20,000 nucleotides of DNA from an uncultured virus (IMG/VR IMGVR_UViG_3300037067_005627) (IMGVR_UViG_3300037067_005627); one strand, 5' to 3'; counted from the first letter of the stretch, positions 1 through 8,423 are shown. The notes: generated by a model not told the origin, from the sequence alone. A program made the numbers and translations.

Positions 1-2
1 TC

Positions 3-350
3 TCCACGCATCTGTGGTGGAAAGCATTAGGGAGAATGAAGTCCTACCAACGAAAAGGGCGTATCAACCCCCACATAGACGCAGACATTCCAGCCATGTT
101 CTTCGGCTCACATCAACCAGAACAAGAAGCAAGAGTTGGATTCAAACAATTCCTTGAATCGTTATCAGCAGAAGCTTTTGAAGTAGTAAGAATCATCTTT
201 GAAGCTCCTGCCGAGTTATACGAGTACACAACACAGAAAGGGTTAAGGCCAAAAGCACTGGCAAGATTCTTCGTTAAGGAAAGGGGGTGGAAGTTCGAGA
301 AGGCGTGGGAAGCAAACAAGGAGATAGCAGACAAACTCAAAACACTTTAA
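3..350 (+). CDS. Sigma-70-family (ECF-like) RNA polymerase sigma factor-like protein, 5'-truncated by the window edge
   Basis: The frame of ORF 36..350 is open back to position 3 and reads STHLWWKALGRMKSY, resembling the sigma region 2.4 pattern (FSTYAxWWI/xxGxI). It is followed by a region-4-like 'LESLSAEAFEVVRIIF' segment. Only the C-terminal part is visible. Confidence 0.5.
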   Translation, partial: STHLWWKALGRMKSYQRKGRINPHIDADIPAMFFGSHQPEQEARVGFKQFLESLSAEAFEVVRIIFEAPAELYEYTTQKGLRPKALARFFVKERGWKFEKAWEANKEIADKLKTL

Positions 351-363
351 AAGGAGAAGCAAC

Positions 364-1002
364 ATGATTACACCGGATAGGCTGAATTGTATTAACGCAA
401 TTCAAGGGAGTGAATATAGGGGCCATGTCATTGATGTTGACCTGGTGCCAGATAAACCAGTCGAATTTGTGACAAGGATACTCCCTGACATTGAAGTCAG
501 AGAAGCCACGATCGAGAAAGTGTTCAACAAGATCGACGCCTCCATTCGCAGAGAAGAAGAGAAGGTGCGAGCAAAGGTCGGGGAGCCTTGCATGGTTCTC
601 CATAAGGGTGAATGGAAAGAGGGCAAGATCACGACAGCAGGGGTGGACGGTTCTGTAAGGGTACAACTCGGAAAGGGCGGCATCAGTCTTACCCTTGAAG
701 AGTTCAACGAGAGGATAGTCGCCCACACAGACGAAAACAAGGACGCCCTTGAGAAACTCATTGAGTATGAAGAGCTCCGGAAAGAGGCTGACAACGACAT
801 CCAGAAGTTGAAGGATAGCCTCAAGAAACTTGACCTTCGGCCTTTCCTACAGCCTCTTGAAGAAGAGATAGAGGCGGCTGCAAAGGCGGATAGAGAGAAG
901 GTCGAGAAGATGGAGAAGAAGGTGGCCAGGGAAGAGAAGAAGGCTGCAAAACTTCAGAAAGCAGCCCCTTCCAAGAAACTCGTCTTTGTGAGGAAAAAGT
1001 AA
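364..1002 (+). CDS. Hypothetical protein (small beta-barrel/SH3-like segment plus charged coiled coil)
   Basis: 212-aa ORF with a strong SD (AAGGAG) upstream. 'KVGEPCMVLHKGEWKEGKITTAGVDGSVRVQL' looks SH3/Tudor-like. The C-terminus is E/K-rich and helical. Confidence 0.75.
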   Translation: MITPDRLNCINAIQGSEYRGHVIDVDLVPDKPVEFVTRILPDIEVREATIEKVFNKIDASIRREEEKVRAKVGEPCMVLHKGEWKEGKITTAGVDGSVRVQLGKGGISLTLEEFNERIVAHTDENKDALEKLIEYEELRKEADNDIQKLKDSLKKLDLRPFLQPLEEEIEAAAKADREKVEKMEKKVAREEKKAAKLQKAAPSKKLVFVRKK

Positions 1003-1010
1003 TGAACCCC

Positions 1011-1042
1011 TTTAAGCTGGGAGGTAATTCTCCCAGCTTAAA
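1011..1042. terminator. Perfect 13-bp intergenic stem-loop (terminator-like or processing hairpin)
   Basis: TTTAAGCTGGGAG (1011-1023), loop GTAATT, CTCCCAGCTTAAA (1030-1042). There is no downstream U-tract on +, so intrinsic termination is uncertain. Confidence 0.5.
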
Positions 1043-1059
1043 ATCAAAAAGGTAATCAT

Positions 1060-3015
1060 ATGGGCATCATAGAGAAAATTCAAAACTCAGATGGATGGGC
1101 AGTCGGTGCGCTACTTGCATTGCACCGACTACAAACGCCAGACGAACAAGCTGTTCATGGTACGATTGAAGTTAATAACGCAGGGTTCAATAAGTTTGAT
1201 GCGACATACCTTACAAGCCTTACAGATCAATACTACAGGACAAAGACGCTATCGCCAAAACAAATCCACCACATTAAATTGGCACTACCCAAGTATTGGC
1301 GACAACTTCAAACCTTGAGTATTCGGGAAGTCCAATTAAGTCCGCCACCAAAAGTGAAGGAAGTTCAAGAAGCAGATTTTGCAACCGATGGAAGGTTGGC
1401 GATAAAGTTTCTCTTTGAGAAAAGCGATGTAGGGAAAGAGAAGTTCTTGAAGTGCCTTCAAATGGTAAAGTCCCTAGAGGGGCCAAGGGCTATATTCTTT
1501 CCAGATAAAGACCATGTTTGGAAAGCTGATCTTACCCCTACCAACGTGACTATATTGAAACATGCAGGCTTCCAACTATCAGACAAACTAGGTTCCTGGC
1601 ATAAAGCTATAAACAGGATTCCATCTGTAAGGACAAAGTTTAACATCAAAGGCTTGAAGTTACCTATCCGGCCCTTTCAACATCTAGGGGTTGGCTTTAT
1701 TACATCAAGACAAGGAAGGGCGTTAATTGCGGATGATATGGGGCTAGGGAAAACAGTTCAAGCCCTTGCATGGATTCACTACAAAAAAGCATACCCTGCA
1801 CTAATCGTTGTCCCTGCAACAGCTAAACTAAATTGGGAAGCAGAAGTTAAGAAGTGGTTGCCAGATAATATCTCCTGTTCTGTCTTGTTTGGTATGAACG
1901 GGAACCATGCAAGCCTTGTGTCAAATCGTCCCAAAATCACGGTCATAAACTACGACATCCTTGATTCGTGGTCAAGTACCTTCGATGATATAAATACCCT
2001 TGTCTTGGACGAGGCTCATTTTGTGAAAAACAAAAAAGCTAAACGGTCTATGGCTGTGAGAACAGTTGCGAAGAAGGCAAAAAATATCATCGCATTGAGC
2101 GGAACCCCCATCATCAATCGCCCAGCAGAATTTTTCAATGTCCTTAACCTACTATCCCCTGAGCACTTCAATAATTTTTGGTATTACGCCAAGAAATTCT
2201 GCAATCCAAAGTATAACCGTTTTGGTTGGAACTTCACTGGCTCTTCTAATGTTGAAGAGCTTCATAAACTTCTAGTCAGGACAGTTATGATAAGGCGAAC
2301 GAAATCAGAAGTCTTAAAGGAACTCCCCGCCAAGGTAAGAACAGTTGTCCCTATCGAAATTGATAACAAAGCTGAATATCAAAGAGCGCAAGACGATTTT
2401 GTTAAGTGGGTGAGGGATAACTTTGGAGAGGCTAAAGCTGTTAAAGCGTCTAATGCAGAAGCTTTAGCTAGAATAGAGGGGTTGAAACAACTAACCATCA
2501 AAGGCAAACTCAAAAACATCGTATCATGGATTCAAGACTTCCTTGAATCAGATCAAAAGCTGGTAGTCTTCGCCATACACCATCTCACCATAGATACCCT
2601 ATTGTCTAGCTTCCCAAAAGAAATTTGCGTGAAGTTGGATGGGCGTGATGAAGTACATAAAAGACAACAGGCCATCAACTCATTTCAGAATGATCCGAAA
2701 GTGAGGCTCTTCATAGGGAATGTGAAGGCGGCAGGAACCGCAATCAATTTAACAGCGGCATCCAATACCTGTTTCACAGAACTAGGGTGGACGCCCGGAG
2801 AACATGATCAAGCAGAAGATAGGGTACATAGGATTGGTCAAGAGGCTGATAGTGTAAGTGCTTATTATCTCTTGGGGGTAAAGACGATTGAAGAAGAGAT
2901 AGCAGAACTTATAGACAATAAACGCCAAGTATTGAGTAGGATTTTGGATGGCAAAGAAGTGGGATCAGAAGGGATACTAACAGAGTTGCTAAACAATATT
3001 CTTGGAAAGGAGTAG
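1060..3015 (+). CDS. SNF2-family (SMARCAL1/HARP-like) DNA translocase/annealing helicase
   Basis: Motif I ADDMGLGKT, motif II LDEAH, motif III LSGTP, 'MIRRTKSEVLKELPAK', motif V AAGTAINLT, motif VI QAEDRVHRIGQ. A HARP-like segment lies before the ATPase domain. Confidence 0.93.
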   Translation: MGIIEKIQNSDGWAVGALLALHRLQTPDEQAVHGTIEVNNAGFNKFDATYLTSLTDQYYRTKTLSPKQIHHIKLALPKYWRQLQTLSIREVQLSPPPKVKEVQEADFATDGRLAIKFLFEKSDVGKEKFLKCLQMVKSLEGPRAIFFPDKDHVWKADLTPTNVTILKHAGFQLSDKLGSWHKAINRIPSVRTKFNIKGLKLPIRPFQHLGVGFITSRQGRALIADDMGLGKTVQALAWIHYKKAYPALIVVPATAKLNWEAEVKKWLPDNISCSVLFGMNGNHASLVSNRPKITVINYDILDSWSSTFDDINTLVLDEAHFVKNKKAKRSMAVRTVAKKAKNIIALSGTPIINRPAEFFNVLNLLSPEHFNNFWYYAKKFCNPKYNRFGWNFTGSSNVEELHKLLVRTVMIRRTKSEVLKELPAKVRTVVPIEIDNKAEYQRAQDDFVKWVRDNFGEAKAVKASNAEALARIEGLKQLTIKGKLKNIVSWIQDFLESDQKLVVFAIHHLTIDTLLSSFPKEICVKLDGRDEVHKRQQAINSFQNDPKVRLFIGNVKAAGTAINLTAASNTCFTELGWTPGEHDQAEDRVHRIGQEADSVSAYYLLGVKTIEEEIAELIDNKRQVLSRILDGKEVGSEGILTELLNNILGKE

Positions 3016-3019
3016 GACA

Positions 3020-3196
3020 ATGGAACTAAAAAGAAGTAAGCTTTCGCCTAATAGATATGATTATTTAAGTGAGGAAGATTCCAAACTATACGATGAAGTA
3101 AAAGATAGCCAAGACCCAAAAGACAAGCAAATAAAAAAGCTATTAATCGACAAACTTAATGCTTGTCAAGGAGCTCATATTAATAGCGTATATTAA
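3020..3196 (+). CDS. Hypothetical protein (58 aa)
   Basis: ATG at 3020 follows AGGAG/AGGA and fits the gap between the SNF2 gene and the next ORF. Confidence 0.6.
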   Translation: MELKRSKLSPNRYDYLSEEDSKLYDEVKDSQDPKDKQIKKLLIDKLNACQGAHINSVY

Positions 3197-3217
3197 CTCT
3201 TAGGACGGAGTAGAGCA

Positions 3218-3541
3218 ATGGGACAAATGAGGATCATAGACCAAATAATCAGATTAAACGCTATATCCGATTATGATGGCCAGACTACGGTACGAGAAAG
3301 GTTTAATGGCAAGAAGATGTTAAGGAAATTAATCTGTCAACTTCTCGACGAAGGGAAACAATTTTCAGTAAAGAAAAAGCCATTCTCTTTAGCGTTCTTA
3401 AAACAACGATGTAAGGGCTATCCTATGAAAAAATACGCGAAAAGTCATTTAGGCTGGTTCCCGTCAAGCACTGAAGAGTACGAGTTTGTCGCGAAGCCTT
3501 TTGACGATCGCTGGGTGTTCATTGTAAGTTGGAAGGACTGA
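3218..3541 (+). CDS. Hypothetical protein
   Basis: 107-aa ORF with a GGAG SD, co-oriented and tightly packed. Confidence 0.65.
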   Translation: MGQMRIIDQIIRLNAISDYDGQTTVRERFNGKKMLRKLICQLLDEGKQFSVKKKPFSLAFLKQRCKGYPMKKYAKSHLGWFPSSTEEYEFVAKPFDDRWVFIVSWKD

Positions 3542-3557
3542 GAAGGAGGGTAAAACA

Positions 3558-4466
3558 ATGGGATTCACAGAATTTTTGGAAGCGTATGAGATTCCATATA
3601 CCACATCAGGGAAACACGCAAGAGCAGGGTGGATTCAAATTGAGTGCCCATTCTGCGAAGGCAATCCTGGGTATCATGGTGGCGTTAATTTGAAGAAGAT
3701 TTATTATAACTGCTGGAGATGTGGATGGCACCATGTCACTGATCTTATTCAGGCATTGGTTGGAGTAAGTCGAAACGCAGCTAAGGGAATCATACGTGAT
3801 TATGACTTGGTTGGCGACTATATTGATGATGAGCAAAGAGAAAAGTTTGGGAAGGTCAAGCTTATAATGCCGCCACACGCATCGGAAACGAAGTTCCACC
3901 TAACCACACGCCATCAACAATATCTCGTAGCCAGAGAATTTAGCCCACTCCAAATTCAAAACCAATGGGGGGTATATAGCGCGTCACATATCGGAGCCTA
4001 CAAATTCAGAATGGTTATCCCTATCCGCTTCCAAACAGAGATAGTAAGCTTTACTACGCGAACAGCATCCAATCAAGAGCCAAAATATCTATCCTGCCCT
4101 AAAGATATGGAGATCATCCCTCACAAAGAAATCCTTTATGGCTTCGATGCGCTCCCAACTGATCATGTCATCGTTGTTGAAGGGCCTATAGATGTATGGC
4201 GATTTGATAGGAGAACGGTAGCCACATTTGGAATTAACTACAGCAGAAAACAATTACTTCTTCTGGCAAAGACTTTTAGTAAAATAACGGTAGTTTTTGA
4301 CAACGAAGAAGAGGCTCAAGTACAAGCCTATACTCTTGCAGCAGAACTTATGGGGTTAGGAAGGTTGGCTGAAGTAAGGACTATTCCTACGCGCTATAAA
4401 GACCCTGCCGATATGTCTCAAGAAGATGCCAACCTGTTTACTTCTTCTTTACTCCCTCCTATATAA
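3558..4466 (+). CDS. DNA primase (N-terminal Zn finger + TOPRIM)
   Basis: CPFC...CWRC zinc-binding domain. TOPRIM motifs IVVEGPIDV, VVFDNE and KDPADM. Strong SD AAGGAGG. Confidence 0.9.
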   Translation: MGFTEFLEAYEIPYTTSGKHARAGWIQIECPFCEGNPGYHGGVNLKKIYYNCWRCGWHHVTDLIQALVGVSRNAAKGIIRDYDLVGDYIDDEQREKFGKVKLIMPPHASETKFHLTTRHQQYLVAREFSPLQIQNQWGVYSASHIGAYKFRMVIPIRFQTEIVSFTTRTASNQEPKYLSCPKDMEIIPHKEILYGFDALPTDHVIVVEGPIDVWRFDRRTVATFGINYSRKQLLLLAKTFSKITVVFDNEEEAQVQAYTLAAELMGLGRLAEVRTIPTRYKDPADMSQEDANLFTSSLLPPI

Positions 4467-4482
4467 CTCCTGGAGCTACGTG

Positions 4483-4590
4483 ATTATTGTATCCATTGTA
4501 TTAATACAATAATATAATAATACAATAAAAAAAGAATATATTATGAATATAATATATATACATGATTTTTCGTTTTTTGTGTTTTAAGAG
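4483..4590. promoter_or_regulatory. AT-rich region with ATACAAT boxes; candidate replication origin
   Basis: 16-bp perfect palindrome ATTGTATTAATACAAT (4495-4510) and direct repeat TAATACAATAA (4502-4512, 4518-4528). There is an extra inverted box at 4486-4492, then an almost pure A/T tract to 4560. It lies between the primase and helicase genes. Confidence 0.5.
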
Positions 4591-4597
4591 GGGCACA

Positions 4598-5056
4598 ATG
4601 AAAAACCTATTCAAAGAAGAAGCACATCTCCAAGGGAGAAACTGCTACATAGATATGTGGAATAGACTTCCAACTCCCTTCAAACACAGGAATATAAAGA
4701 CTTCTTTATACAAGAGAACAGCACAATACTTCTCCCAATTAGAAGCAGGAGCCTTTTGGAAAAGCAAGGTTATTGATAATGATTGGATAAGCAATATTGG
4801 ACTATCCAAAAAGGAATTGGATAGGAGATGGCAACACAACGAGATAATGAGAGCATTAAGAAGATTAGCAGGAATGTATAAAGAAGGGAACTGGCCTCCA
4901 AATAAATGGGGACTGCCAACAAACCTGCACGATCTCCTTTATAATGCTCGCTCTAACAAGAGCATGATATTCCTTGTAATGAAACAGAAAGTGGTTAAGC
5001 ATAAGACAGGTAAGAAAGAAGCAACTATCCATGTGTCAGATCAATTCACTATCTAG
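4598..5056 (+). CDS. Hypothetical protein; possible helicase loader / replication-initiator C-terminal-type domain
   Basis: ATG at 4598 with SD GAGGGG is preferred over the ATG at 4562. The protein is basic. Function is inferred only from its position between the candidate origin and the DnaB-like helicase. Confidence 0.6.
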   Translation: MKNLFKEEAHLQGRNCYIDMWNRLPTPFKHRNIKTSLYKRTAQYFSQLEAGAFWKSKVIDNDWISNIGLSKKELDRRWQHNEIMRALRRLAGMYKEGNWPPNKWGLPTNLHDLLYNARSNKSMIFLVMKQKVVKHKTGKKEATIHVSDQFTI

Positions 5057-5068
5057 AAAGGCAATCTA

Positions 5069-6616
5069 ATGAAAAGAGTTCGGCGTGATAATCTAGCAGG
5101 GGATATTCAACTTGAGCGCCAAATAGTGACAGGGATGATATTGTCCCAATACTTCCTGAGAGAAGCAACAAAAACATACAAGGGGGATTCGTTAAGCCTA
5201 CCATTCGCAAAGATAGTAGCAGGCTGGTGTACCCAATACTATGGAGAGTTTAAAGACGCGCCAAGGCAACACATTCAAGATATTTATAGGCGAAATAAAG
5301 ACGAATTGCCAGAGGATAGCGCAGCGGTAATTGAAGAGTTCTTATTCTCCCTGTCAGAAGAGTTTAAAAAACAGGAGGCAGCATTTAATAGCGATTACGT
5401 GTTGAAAAATACGGATGAATATTTCAGACTAAGGGCATTAACAAGTGCAAGAGACAAATTAGATCGAGCCATAATCTCTAGCAAGATAGAAGAAGGGGAA
5501 GCAGTAATAAGTGGGTTTCATAGGGCGACTCGACCTATCGCTGTAGGCGTTGATCCTTTCAGGGACTTCCAATATGTTGAGGATGCTTTTAACGCAGATG
5601 AAAGGGAGCTATTGTTTTCTTTCCCTGGTGACTTAGGGCGATTATTAGGGCCATTTTATAGGAGTTGGTTTGGCATGGTTGTTGGTGCTCAAGGGAGGGG
5701 AAAGACATGGTGGCTATTAGAGGCTGCTATGAGGGCGTTATTAAAGAGGCTCAATGTCCTCTTTGTGTCTATGGAAATGACAGAGAAACAAATGATTAGG
5801 CGAATGTATCATTGGATTACGGGCCTACCAAACAAGAGATGGGCAGGAGAGATTCTCTTCCCAAAGTTTGATTGCTTATGGAATCAAGATGGAAGTTGCG
5901 ATATGCAAGGAAGGGCGTGGTCAGGGCGATTATTAGGGAAGGGTAAAGAGTTACCGTCTTTTGAAGAGGCTGAACAGGTAGGTTATAAGATATGCGTTGC
6001 GTGTCGTGGTGAAGACGCCTATACCCCTTCGGTTTGGTACAAAAAGAAAGTGTTCAAAGAACTCGACATCCAAGAGGGGATTGAAAAGGCTGAGGACTTG
6101 GCGAAGTATCTACTTAGAGGGGCTAGACTGAAATTGGTGACGGTTCCTGCCGGCCTTATAAGTGTTAAAGATATTCGGGTGATGTTGGAAAATTATGAGC
6201 ACTACCAGAATTGGATGCCTGATATAGTTATAACCGACTACTCGGACAAGATGGCGCCAGATAATAAATTCGAGAAAGAGTATAGGCATCGACTTAACGA
6301 TATAAGCGCAGCACATAAAGCGTTAGCGTTAGACAAGAACATACTCGTCCTAACAGCCAGTCAAACTTCGATAGGGCGCGATGAAGACAGGGATATCGAT
6401 AGCGGCGGTTTTGCAGAGGACATCAGGAAGAAAGGGGAGATAGATATAGGCTGGTCATTGAACCAGACAGCGATGGAAAAACGGAGGGGGATTATGCGGG
6501 TCAAGACCATGAAGCAGAGACATGATGATTACTCAACGCTTGATTCGTGTATCGTTTTACAACAGTTAAAACTAGGAAAACCATACCTGGATTCCTGTAT
6601 AAACCGGGGTTTTTGA
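5069..6616 (+). CDS. Replicative DnaB-like (SF4) helicase with a Cys-rich insertion
   Basis: Walker A GAQGRGKT, H1a FVSMEM, H2 ITDYSD, H3 LTASQ, H4-like AEDIRK...D and a KQRH arginine-finger region. Confidence 0.88.
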   Translation: MKRVRRDNLAGDIQLERQIVTGMILSQYFLREATKTYKGDSLSLPFAKIVAGWCTQYYGEFKDAPRQHIQDIYRRNKDELPEDSAAVIEEFLFSLSEEFKKQEAAFNSDYVLKNTDEYFRLRALTSARDKLDRAIISSKIEEGEAVISGFHRATRPIAVGVDPFRDFQYVEDAFNADERELLFSFPGDLGRLLGPFYRSWFGMVVGAQGRGKTWWLLEAAMRALLKRLNVLFVSMEMTEKQMIRRMYHWITGLPNKRWAGEILFPKFDCLWNQDGSCDMQGRAWSGRLLGKGKELPSFEEAEQVGYKICVACRGEDAYTPSVWYKKKVFKELDIQEGIEKAEDLAKYLLRGARLKLVTVPAGLISVKDIRVMLENYEHYQNWMPDIVITDYSDKMAPDNKFEKEYRHRLNDISAAHKALALDKNILVLTASQTSIGRDEDRDIDSGGFAEDIRKKGEIDIGWSLNQTAMEKRRGIMRVKTMKQRHDDYSTLDSCIVLQQLKLGKPYLDSCINRGF

Positions 6617-6641
6617 CGGTTTTTAACGGGTAGGTTATAAT
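6613..6641 (+). promoter_or_regulatory. Consensus sigma70/sigmaA-type promoter
   Basis: TTGACG (6613-6618), 17-nt spacer, TATAAT (6636-6641). Confidence 0.85.
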
Positions 6642-6714
6642 TGTTTTTCGCGTTTCGGTATCGGTTTTCCGAAAGGGGGTGATGCTATGAATTAAAAGGT
6701 AGTAAGCATTTTAA

Positions 6715-6736
6715 TGTTTGTTGAGCTCAAGAAACA
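6715..6736. repeat. 22-bp near-perfect palindrome in the 5' leader (operator-like or RNA hairpin)
   Basis: TGTTTGTTGAGCTCAAGAAACA, with one mismatched pair. It lies between the promoter and the AAGGAG SD of the 6765 gene. Confidence 0.5.
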
Positions 6737-6764
6737 ATAACAATCTTACATTAAGGAGTTACAA

Positions 6765-7589
6765 ATGGTATTCAAGAAAGCAGGAGTAAAGAAGGTTGTG
6801 AAGAAGGCTGGCGAATCCAAGTACGTGAAAGTTGCAAAAGAGTTGACCGAGCTGATGGGTCTTGATCCGGCCATCGACACATCGGTTGATGAGGAAGAGC
6901 TTCAGGGTCTCCTGGTTGAAGCTGGGGGGATGTTGGACGCCAATGACACCATTTCGGATTTGGCTACAGAGGTTCTCACTGAGTTGGGTGTCGAGCTCCC
7001 CTCAGGCGAGGAAGAAGAGGAAGAGAAGCCGGCTAAGAAGGTGGTTAAGAGGGCTGCGACCACGAAGCCTGCAAAGAAAGTTCCGATGAAAAAGGCCGCG
7101 AAGGTCGAAGAGGAAGAAGAAGAGGAGGAGCCTGAGGAAGAAGAGGAAGAAGAGGAAACGGCTGAGGGCGATGAGTTGGATGATCTCGACCGTTCCGGGC
7201 TCAAGAAGTTCATCGCAGAGAACGAGCTGGATATAAAGGTATTCAAGTCCATGAAAGATGATGACATCCGGGCTGCGATTCGCGCTATTGCGGAACCTGA
7301 AGAGGAAGAGAAACCCGCAAAGAAAGCACCTGCGAAGAAAGCACCTATGAAGAAGGCTGTCAAGAAGGAGGAAGAGTCCGGCCCCACACGCGCCGAGGTT
7401 TTCAAGGAGATTATGGAAGAGGGTGGCGGAACCCAAGAAGAGATTGTTGAGTCTATGCACGCCAACTACAAGGACGGGAACTCTTCTGAGGCAGAAGCAA
7501 GGTTCCAGGTTGGTCTCTTCCTGAGACTGCTTCGGACGATGGGATTTGTCGAGAAGAACAAGAAAGACAAGTATGTGCTGATCGGGTAA
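6765..7589 (+). CDS. Low-complexity acidic/basic protein with histone-H1-like PAKK repeats; putative DNA-binding/nucleoid protein
   Basis: Repeated KPAKK/PMKK units alternate with poly-Glu runs. There is a small helical 'LDDLDRSGLKKFIAENELDI...DDDIRAAIR' module (HEH/Rho-N-like) and a C-terminal winged-helix-like segment. It has a strong SD and is the first gene after the consensus promoter. Confidence 0.7.
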   Translation: MVFKKAGVKKVVKKAGESKYVKVAKELTELMGLDPAIDTSVDEEELQGLLVEAGGMLDANDTISDLATEVLTELGVELPSGEEEEEEKPAKKVVKRAATTKPAKKVPMKKAAKVEEEEEEEEPEEEEEEEETAEGDELDDLDRSGLKKFIAENELDIKVFKSMKDDDIRAAIRAIAEPEEEEKPAKKAPAKKAPMKKAVKKEEESGPTRAEVFKEIMEEGGGTQEEIVESMHANYKDGNSSEAEARFQVGLFLRLLRTMGFVEKNKKDKYVLIG

Positions 7590-7598
7590 GCATTCACC

Positions 7599-8423
7599 GT
7601 GATCACCAATACTCCAATACAGAAGGTTGGCCTTGGCGGCAAAACAATCTATGTCAAGAGAGAAGACATGGCCTGTGAGTCGCCAGGGCCACCTTTTTCT
7701 AAAGTAAGGGGTCTTATCCCTTATCTCCGCTCTATCCCCCAAGTCAAACATATAGCTTATATGGAAACGTCTATCTCTATGGCAGGATGGGGGGTGTCAT
7801 ATTCGGCGGGGAAAGTGGATAAGGAGGCAACAATCTTTTATCCCCGATACAAAGCTGGCCTTAAAGATAATCAAGCATTCCAAATGGAGAAATGGAAAGA
7901 GTTTGGAGCTAACATTATCCCTATCAAAAGACCTAACATGCAAAACATTAACTTCCTTATGGCAAAACATCTTTTGGAAGAGATTGACCCAAAGGCATTA
8001 CTTCTCCCTTTAGGGTTGTCCTTCCCTCAAACAGTGACAGCGGTAGCAAGGGAATTGTTGCGAACTCACAAGTCCTTTTTGACGGGCTCCATTGTTTGTT
8101 CTGTCGGAAGTGGAACTATGATGGCAGGAATAATAAGGGGGTTATCGCATACCTCTTGCCGCCCTGACCTTTACGGAGTTCTGGCTGCAAAGAAAGGGGT
8201 ACTCGGAATATACACTAAGATCGAACGGATGGCTAATTGTTTCCATACTTACAACCTCCGCATTGTCAGCCATGGATATGAATACACCCAAGCTGAAGAA
8301 TGCGCCGTTCCATTCCCTTGCAACAAGTATTACGACAGGAAGGCTTGGAAGTGGATGATTGATCACATTGGGCAACTAAAGGAGCCAATTCTTTTCTGGA
8401 ACATAGGGGGAGATGGCAAATAA
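7599..8423 (+). CDS. PLP-dependent enzyme, fold type II (ACC deaminase / D-cysteine desulfhydrase / PALP-like)
   Basis: TPIQ...IYVKREDM...FSKVRG (Schiff-base Lys), phosphate-binding loop CSVGSGTMMAG, YYDRKAW and C-terminal LFWNIGG. GTG start. Confidence 0.85.
   Translation: MITNTPIQKVGLGGKTIYVKREDMACESPGPPFSKVRGLIPYLRSIPQVKHIAYMETSISMAGWGVSYSAGKVDKEATIFYPRYKAGLKDNQAFQMEKWKEFGANIIPIKRPNMQNINFLMAKHLLEEIDPKALLLPLGLSFPQTVTAVARELLRTHKSFLTGSIVCSVGSGTMMAGIIRGLSHTSCRPDLYGVLAAKKGVLGIYTKIERMANCFHTYNLRIVSHGYEYTQAEECAVPFPCNKYYDRKAWKWMIDHIGQLKEPILFWNIGGDGK

Noticed and set aside
4562..4597. ORF-track upstream starts (4562; similarly 3002, 9301, 9512, 12593, 16273, 16614, 17926)
   Set aside because: Downstream ATGs have better SD sequences or stop/start coupling and avoid long overlaps.
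7010..7375. GAA/GAG runs and repeated AAGAAAGCACCT-like units as a tandem repeat or CRISPR array
   Set aside because: They are explained by poly-Glu and PAKK codons, with no constant repeat-spacer periodicity.
6902..7751. Long minus-strand ORFs (187 aa and 249 aa)
   Set aside because: They are antisense shadows of the low-complexity GAA/AAG-rich 6765 gene (poly-Ser or Leu/Phe-rich products) with no motifs.
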